Shown here: in pieces, positions 14,855 through 20,000 of the stretch
Layout of the letters: each line of letters begins with the position of its first letter
Numbering within the stretch: position 1 is the first letter of the stretch
From: an uncultured virus (IMG/VR IMGVR_UViG_3300031733_000001)
Lineage: Duplodnaviria > Heunggongvirae > Uroviricota > Caudoviricetes
Length of the DNA: 20,000 nt
Reading direction: 5' to 3' (one strand)
IMG/VR virus record: IMGVR_UViG_3300031733_000001
Notes under the pieces: generated by a model
Seen by the model: only the letters and a program-made list of their open reading frames with translations
Databases searched by the model: none
What the model was told of the DNA's origin: nothing
Made by a program: the position numbers and the translations under genes

Positions 14855-15375
14855 CAGTCCTCCACTATCACCAGGGGTTCGTCACCCGTGGCCTTGCCGT
14901 GGTCTATCCAACCGATGTCCACCCACTGCTTCTGCTCCCCATCGATTTCCACGGGCTGGGGCAGGTGGTCGACGTGGTCGGCGAAGTTCGGCAGGTTGCT
15001 GCGCCTGATCTGCAAGCGGCCGTCGAGGCGCAGCTCCATGCGCTTGCGGAGCCAGGGCTCCATCTCCTTGAGCAGCTTCTCGCTCCTCTCCTTTGCCCCG
15101 TTCGAGGCCCTCTCCGGTTTCCTCTTGGTGCGCTTCACGAGCTTGAGGGCCTCCCTGATGTGCTTGATGCGACTGGGGTGCAACAGCTTGCGAGTGCCCC
15201 TGTACTCGAGCTGTCGAGCGCGCTCTGGCCCCACCGGGGGGTCGAGACCTGCGCCCGCTTGCTTCAGAGTGCCCCCGCAGAGCCGACTGATAATCACAGC
15301 TCGTTCTCTAGGGCTGATGGTTGAGAGGGCCTGTCGCAGGCCCTCCAGCAGCTTCTTCGTATCGATGTCGATCAT
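14854..15375 (-). CDS. stand-alone sigma70 region 4 HTH protein with unrelated C-terminal domain (173 aa)
   Basis: ALSTISPRERAVIISR...TLKQAG...VGPERARQLEYRGTRKLLHPSR aligns with RpoD region 4 ([22 protein letters not shown]); no region 2. Confidence 0.85.
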   Translation of the reverse strand: MIDIDTKKLLEGLRQALSTISPRERAVIISRLCGGTLKQAGAGLDPPVGPERARQLEYRGTRKLLHPSRIKHIREALKLVKRTKRKPERASNGAKERSEKLLKEMEPWLRKRMELRLDGRLQIRRSNLPNFADHVDHLPQPVEIDGEQKQWVDIGWIDHGKATGDEPLVIVED

Positions 15376-15384
15376 CGCTCGCTC

Positions 15385-16017
15385 CTACTGGATGTCGCTG
15401 CACTCACTGCAGCAGGGGCAGTGCTTGGGGATGGGGGTCGTGCAGCCGTAGACCCCGCAGGGCTTCATGTCCAGCTTGTCCAAGATCTGCCCGATCTCGT
15501 GGATGTGGTCGTGGATGTCGTCGCTCTTGTAGTTCTTCTGGCAGATGGAGCAGGTACCGTGCGTGCCGTAGTCGTGAGGCTCGAATCCGGCCTTCTTGAG
15601 GCACTCCGTGCACACGTGCCCACTCCTGGCCGGTGGGATGTCCTGGTCACCCTGCTTACGCTTGCGCGGTGGACCCTCGAACTTGCGCTTGAGCTTCCGG
15701 TAGAGCTCGTATTCAGGATCTTTCATCTGTGCCAGCTTGATCTGGAGCCCCCTCCACTCCCTAGGCGTGAGCTTGTAGTAGCCGTGCAGCCACATCTCCA
15801 CAGCCCTCACCGTCCTCGAGGCTCCTCTGTCCCCCGTCTGCTCACCGGCGTAGGCGGCGCTCTCGGCCGTCTTGGCCGCCTGCTTGAGCACGTGGTAGAG
15901 TAGCTCAGCCACGTCGCTGGGCAGCTCCTTCATCTTCTCGAACATCAGGTCCGCCACCTCGAGGGTGTTGCGGACCCACTGGATGTCCTCTTGGGACATC
16001 ACCTCTTCGGGAATCAT
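15385..16017 (-). CDS. hypothetical protein with Cys/His-rich C-terminus (210 aa)
   Basis: AGGAGG RBS and ATG 16017 (MIPEEV); CTEC, CSIC, HDHIH, HCPCCSEC. Confidence 0.75.
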   Translation of the reverse strand: MIPEEVMSQEDIQWVRNTLEVADLMFEKMKELPSDVAELLYHVLKQAAKTAESAAYAGEQTGDRGASRTVRAVEMWLHGYYKLTPREWRGLQIKLAQMKDPEYELYRKLKRKFEGPPRKRKQGDQDIPPARSGHVCTECLKKAGFEPHDYGTHGTCSICQKNYKSDDIHDHIHEIGQILDKLDMKPCGVYGCTTPIPKHCPCCSECSDIQ

Positions 16018-16039
16018 CGTAAGCCTCCTGTTGATCATC

Positions 16040-16069
16040 TTGACTTCCTTATACCCCAAGAGGCAAAGT
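16040..16069. promoter_or_regulatory. overlapping divergent promoters: minus GGTATAAG and plus TTGACT-N18-CAAAGT
   Basis: CTTATACC 16048-16055 lies in the spacer between TTGACT 16040-16045 and CAAAGT 16064-16069. Confidence 0.55.
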
Positions 16070-16091
16070 TGTTCAGCCAAGGAGGGAGATC

Positions 16092-16292
16092 ATGGATGAC
16101 GTGACCGAGGCCAAGTTCGAGCAGATCATAGTGGATGCGATCGTCAGGGCAGAGACCATCGACCCCGACATGCCCTTCACCGACTTCTTCCAGGGCCTGT
16201 GCGTGATGAAGCGCAAGCTGGATGAGCGGCTGGACGAGGCTCGGGCGGATGCTGGAGTAGAGCCCCCGGACTTCAGGGGGTTCACGTTCTAG
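16092..16292 (+). CDS. small acidic hypothetical protein (66 aa)
   Basis: AAGGAGG RBS, GC3-biased codons, hairpin downstream. Confidence 0.75.
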   Translation: MDDVTEAKFEQIIVDAIVRAETIDPDMPFTDFFQGLCVMKRKLDERLDEARADAGVEPPDFRGFTF

Positions 16293-16295
16293 GGC

Positions 16296-16318
16296 AAAAG
16301 AGAGCCCGAAGGCTCTCT
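16296..16318 (-). terminator. intrinsic terminator with C(UUCG)G tetraloop at a convergent junction
   Basis: Minus strand AGAGAGCC-TTCG-GGCTCTCT followed by TTT. Confidence 0.75.
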
Positions 16319-16336
16319 GCCTCTCCAACCCCCAGC

Positions 16337-17572
16337 TCACTTCATCCGACGCCGGTGGTCCTGAACCATCTTGTAGTAGGTGGTCCAGATCTTCCCGGAG
16401 TCCGTCTTGAACGTGTCTGACGCTTTCTTGTTGCCTTCCTGTGTCACGTCATCTGCGAACTGCACCATCTTCGGGCCCACACGCTTCCACACCCGGACCA
16501 CACGCTCGAACGGTATCTCCCAGGAGTACTTGCCGCTGGGTGTGACCACCAGGAACTGGCGGAATGCGGACATCATCGCGAAAGCCGGTCCCTTGGCCAA
16601 CTTTGTAGACCCGGTAGTCCCCAGGATGGGGAACTTGTACACCTTGGGCCTCCTCTTGACCGGATTGCCGTTGCGGTCATGGACACCCGGCCCTTTGGCC
16701 CACGTCGCATTGTCAGCCGAGGTACTGGCATTGATCATGCCGTAGCCATCCATGGAGATCTGCTCGAAGAGGCGCCAGAAATCCGGGAGCAGATGGAGCA
16801 TCCCGGCGAAGTTGGACCGCTTGGCCTCATGTCCGTAGGCGGCGATGATCGAACCGACCGAACCTACCGAGTGCGTGGGATGACGCGTACCGTCCGGGTA
16901 GTCGTGACGGTTGAACGCCTCCATCAGCACGACGTTCTCGCCGATCTCGTATTCCAGCTTCTTCACCTTCTTCTCGTTCCCCAGGCAGCCGAAGTGCTGG
17001 AGGATGTCGGCTTTCTCCAGCACCACCTTGATGCTGTCGAATACCCCGAGGTTGTTGAGAAGTGCCGCGTTGGTGACTTGCACGTTGGTGTTCAAGGCCT
17101 TTGCCACAGTGTGGATGAGGTACCGCTTCATGTTGACGATAGCGTGGAAAGGCATGTACTGATCGATCGGTTCTCCATCCTCGATCATCCTCAGAATCTT
17201 CTCTTTGTTCTCGAGGGCCGCCCTGTACTGGTGTGCGCCATTCGGTATGCCCCAGTTGCCCCCGTTGAGGAACGACACCTCCGTGGCTTTTCTCGCCTTG
17301 TTCGCCTGGAGATCCGTGGTGATGATCGTGATGCCCCCACTCCCAAGGTTGTAGGAGTTCTGGAGTTTTGGCTCGAGCCCAATGTTCAGCTGAGCATCGC
17401 TAATACTCCGGTAGACCGGCGAGCTTGTATCCTGCACGCGCACATTCGGCCTCAGGTTGATACCCTCTGGTATCTCATGGATGGGTGTGTACCACTGGTA
17501 ATGCGCGATTCTCTCCCGCACTGGATCGTTCCAGCTCACCAGCTCTACACATGGAACAGTGATTCTCTTCAT
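16337..17572 (-). CDS. divergent AIPR-family (ParB/DndB-like fold) protein (411 aa)
   Basis: PNVR...VYRSI, GGITII, GIPNGAHQY, ALNTNVQV occur in the order of AIPR motifs (NVR, NNGIT, I.NG.QT/DGGHT, N.q..V). Confidence 0.75.
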   Translation of the reverse strand: MKRITVPCVELVSWNDPVRERIAHYQWYTPIHEIPEGINLRPNVRVQDTSSPVYRSISDAQLNIGLEPKLQNSYNLGSGGITIITTDLQANKARKATEVSFLNGGNWGIPNGAHQYRAALENKEKILRMIEDGEPIDQYMPFHAIVNMKRYLIHTVAKALNTNVQVTNAALLNNLGVFDSIKVVLEKADILQHFGCLGNEKKVKKLEYEIGENVVLMEAFNRHDYPDGTRHPTHSVGSVGSIIAAYGHEAKRSNFAGMLHLLPDFWRLFEQISMDGYGMINASTSADNATWAKGPGVHDRNGNPVKRRPKVYKFPILGTTGSTKLAKGPAFAMMSAFRQFLVVTPSGKYSWEIPFERVVRVWKRVGPKMVQFADDVTQEGNKKASDTFKTDSGKIWTTYYKMVQDHRRRMK

Positions 17573-18639
17573 CTTCGTTTTCGCCTCCTTTTCACATGGA
17601 CTTCATATCCCAGCGAATTGGCCCAACGCTTGAACCAATCGCTGGCATTGGTGAACACAGCATCTAACTCGCCGCTGATCTCCTCATCGCTTATTCGCAT
17701 CACCTCTGGGATGCTTAGGCTGCCCGCACCCACTCGCTCCTTGAGGTAGTAGAACGATCGATAGAACACCCTCGACCAGGCCGAGAGGTTGCTCGTGTGC
17801 GCCTGCGTCATGCTGAAGAGCTTCCGCAGCACATCCTTGGTGTCCTCTGGCGCATCCGGGAAGAGGCCCCACGTCTCGTCTAGGCGCCGGTAGACAGCGA
17901 AGCTGAAGGTACGGATCAAATCATGGAGCTTGGCCGCCTCTATCCCATCATGCGCCAGGTCGGTGGCGATGCGGTAACCCACACCGGCCTGGTTCTGCCA
18001 GTGCTTGTTGTAGACGTTGTTCAAGATCTGTTTCATCAGGACCAGGTGAGCTCCCCAGGTGTAGCCTGTGTCCTCCACGATCTTGTGCATCACGTCCAGA
18101 GGGAAGTAGTTGTGGGGGAAGAGGTGGGCCCCTTCGGTGACATCCACCTGTTCCCACCACAACAGCGCGTTGGCCAAAGCCATTGACCCGGGAAATGTCC
18201 GCCTTCTGCTGTAGCGTGCATAGAGGCGCTCGTTGATCGGGGGGAATTCTCTCGTGGCAGCGCCGGAGAAGCGTCTCTTTCTGGCTTCCCGCCATCTGCT
18301 CCCCACTCTCCCCGACTTCTCTTCTCGTTCCTTGCGCGCGCACCCAACGCATAGCTTGGCCCGGCCGTCTGGTTGGTTCTCGTCGGCGGGGAAGTCCTCG
18401 ATCGCTTTGTCCCCACCGCACCCCGGACAGAACTTCTCAGTGAGGTGAGTCGCGGTGAACTCGATGTGACGCAGGATGCCTTCGTAGGTGTGTTGATCGG
18501 GGAGGAGCCACTCATCACCGTGAAGAATCGCCCCGCACGTACGCAGACGCTCCACGAGGTGGGTGGTGTTGAATGATGAGATGACCCACCTGTTCTTCCT
18601 ACGCCTTTTGATCTCCTTTGCCAGTTCCTCTGGTGTCAT
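17569..18639 (-). CDS. hypothetical protein with treble-clef-like zinc finger (356 aa)
   Basis: AGGAGG upstream; KFCPGCGGDKAIEDF...PDGRAKLCVGC; ATGA overlap with the AIPR-like gene. Confidence 0.8.
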   Translation of the reverse strand: MTPEELAKEIKRRRKNRWVISSFNTTHLVERLRTCGAILHGDEWLLPDQHTYEGILRHIEFTATHLTEKFCPGCGGDKAIEDFPADENQPDGRAKLCVGCARKEREEKSGRVGSRWREARKRRFSGAATREFPPINERLYARYSRRRTFPGSMALANALLWWEQVDVTEGAHLFPHNYFPLDVMHKIVEDTGYTWGAHLVLMKQILNNVYNKHWQNQAGVGYRIATDLAHDGIEAAKLHDLIRTFSFAVYRRLDETWGLFPDAPEDTKDVLRKLFSMTQAHTSNLSAWSRVFYRSFYYLKERVGAGSLSIPEVMRISDEEISGELDAVFTNASDWFKRWANSLGYEVHVKRRRKRR

Positions 18640-18648
18640 GTGAGCCTC

Positions 18649-19365
18649 CTACACTGCGATGAACAATTGGGGGAGATCGAGCACGAGTTGGTAGAAGACG
18701 TCGTAGTTCTCCTTGATTCCATCGATCTTGTTGCGGCACTTCTGCACGAACATGGCGATCTGATCGTCGTCACCCACAGCCTCGCCCTCCAACAGCTCCT
18801 CCCGGAAACGAAAGCTATTGGAGATCTCGGTTCGGGCCTCGGCTAGTCTTTGCTTCTGCCAGTCTGTCTGGTCATCCATCTCCAGGGCCTCGAGAATTGT
18901 GTCGATGTGTCGTGTGTCTTCCGTGTTCACGCTGCACGACCAGCCGGGGAAACTGAAAAGGAACCGCTCGTCTGGTCTCTTCACGTTGGTGGGGTCGTGC
19001 AGCACCCGCCGGAATAGAGCGAGCTGCACAGCATTGCCGATGAAGTCCTCCTGGACACGGATGGCGTTGGCCCGTTCTCTGCAGCGGTCGGGAGGATAGA
19101 TACAGCATCGGCGTAGCTCATCACCCAGCTGCCAGATCAAGTGCAGGTGCTCGACCTGTCCATTCCAGTGGGTGCTACAGCCCTTCCAGAAGTAGTTCAC
19201 AGTACCCCATAGATCTCCACGTAGCTCTTCCTTCTCGTAGTCGACCGGATGCTCCGGTCGTAGTTGCCGGAAGACGGATTGAGTCATCTGTTTGTGCCCG
19301 ACCCGTAGTGCATGGACATCCACTTGCACGGTCTCTAGCTGGGCCTGGCGCACGGTGATCGTCAT
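18649..19365 (-). CDS. hypothetical phage protein (238 aa)
   Basis: AAAGGAGG RBS and ATG 19365 (MTITVRQ); the ORF-track extension to 19728 is antisense to plus genes. Confidence 0.8.
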   Translation of the reverse strand: MTITVRQAQLETVQVDVHALRVGHKQMTQSVFRQLRPEHPVDYEKEELRGDLWGTVNYFWKGCSTHWNGQVEHLHLIWQLGDELRRCCIYPPDRCRERANAIRVQEDFIGNAVQLALFRRVLHDPTNVKRPDERFLFSFPGWSCSVNTEDTRHIDTILEALEMDDQTDWQKQRLAEARTEISNSFRFREELLEGEAVGDDDQIAMFVQKCRNKIDGIKENYDVFYQLVLDLPQLFIAV

Positions 19366-19390
19366 GTAAAAGCCTCCTTTCATTAAGACT

Positions 19391-19428
19391 CTTATACCCT
19401 TGACATCGCTTCTTTGATTGATCATCAT
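19391..19428. promoter_or_regulatory. overlapping divergent promoters: minus AAA-N14-GGTATAAG and plus TTGACA-N17-CATCAT
   Basis: CTTATACC 19391-19398, TTT 19413-19415; TTGACA 19400-19405, CATCAT 19423-19428. Confidence 0.7.
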
Positions 19429-19434
19429 GCAGAC

Positions 19435-19680
19435 GTGGAGGACACCAAGATCACCCTCCGCAAGATCAGACTCAAGGCCCAGATGGCCGAGATGGGCTGC
19501 ACCGAGCGAGATCTTGAGGATCGGAAGGCCGCCGCTGTCCAGGCTCTGGACGAGTGGATCACAGTGACCGGGGTTCTCATCTCTGGGGACACCTACCATT
19601 GGGAGCTGAAGAGCATCGTTGAGGATGCCGTAGAGATCGGCATGCTGGGTGAGACATTGGAGGAGCCCGATGCGGACTGA
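19435..19680 (+). CDS. acidic hypothetical protein (81 aa), possibly leaderless
   Basis: In-frame GTG at 19435 lies 7 nt after the -10 hexamer; start uncertain. Confidence 0.6.
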   Translation: MEDTKITLRKIRLKAQMAEMGCTERDLEDRKAAAVQALDEWITVTGVLISGDTYHWELKSIVEDAVEIGMLGETLEEPDAD

Positions 19681-19903
19681 AGAACAGCAGGCCCTCTTCG
19701 AGCGTTCTGGTGCGCAGATCACACACAACAGGCTGGTCTCATTCCTCTACGAGCTGATGCGAGACCACACCCCACCTGGGGTGGTAGAGGGGCTTGTGAA
19801 CAGCAGTCAGAAGCTCCCCTGCACCATGACCAACGGCTGGCTCGCAGCATATGCTGAGGATGTGGCCAAGCGTCTGGAGGAACCCGATGGGGAAGCGTCG
19901 TAA
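19670..19903 (+). CDS. hypothetical protein (77 aa)
   Basis: GGAGGAG RBS, ATG 19670; LVSFLYELMRDH...TNGWLAAYA. Confidence 0.75.
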   Translation: MRTEEQQALFERSGAQITHNRLVSFLYELMRDHTPPGVVEGLVNSSQKLPCTMTNGWLAAYAEDVAKRLEEPDGEAS

Positions 19904-20000
19904 ATCGAAGGAGATCAAGTGGTTCGCCAGGGGTGGTGGCATCGCCAAGTGCGGCCCGTTCGACACCCAGCTCGAGGCGACAAATGCGATGCGTCTTGTC
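19887..20000 (+). CDS. hypothetical protein, truncated at window end
   Basis: GGAGG RBS, ATG 19887; MGKRRKSKEIKWFARGGGIAKCGPFDTQLEA..., open to the end. Confidence 0.6.
   Translation, partial: MGKRRKSKEIKWFARGGGIAKCGPFDTQLEATNAMRLV

Noticed and set aside
14854..15375. Calling the region 4 protein a full sigma factor (rpoD)
   Set aside because: No region 2 or 3, so it cannot melt promoters on its own
1..20000. CRISPR array, tRNA, rRNA, integrase, transposase or alternative genetic code
   Set aside because: No spaced direct repeats, cloverleaf or recombinase motifs seen; genes tile densely under the standard code with TAA, TAG and TGA all used as stops

Overview
GC-rich (about 60%), densely packed bacteriophage-like DNA, probably an accessory or early/middle region of a large tailed phage. 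About 45 mostly short ORFs lie on the minus strand with strong AAGGAGG-type RBSs and stop/start overlaps, interrupted by four small plus-strand islands. No structural, integrase, tRNA, rRNA or CRISPR features were seen. Recognisable genes are thyX split by a 308-aa LAGLIDADG intein, an upstream radical SAM protein coupled to a stand-alone SPASM-like protein, a likely Acb2/Tad1-type signal sponge, a divergent AIPR-family protein, a stand-alone sigma70 region 4 protein, an 80-aa protein ending in the SSB tail DDDIPF, and many zinc-ribbon proteins. A recurring minus-strand motif, (AAA)-N14-GG(T/C/G)ATAAG, occurs at eight intergenic sites. At four of them it lies back to back with sigma70-like promoters that face the plus-strand islands. 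All family calls are by-eye motif recognition with no database search.
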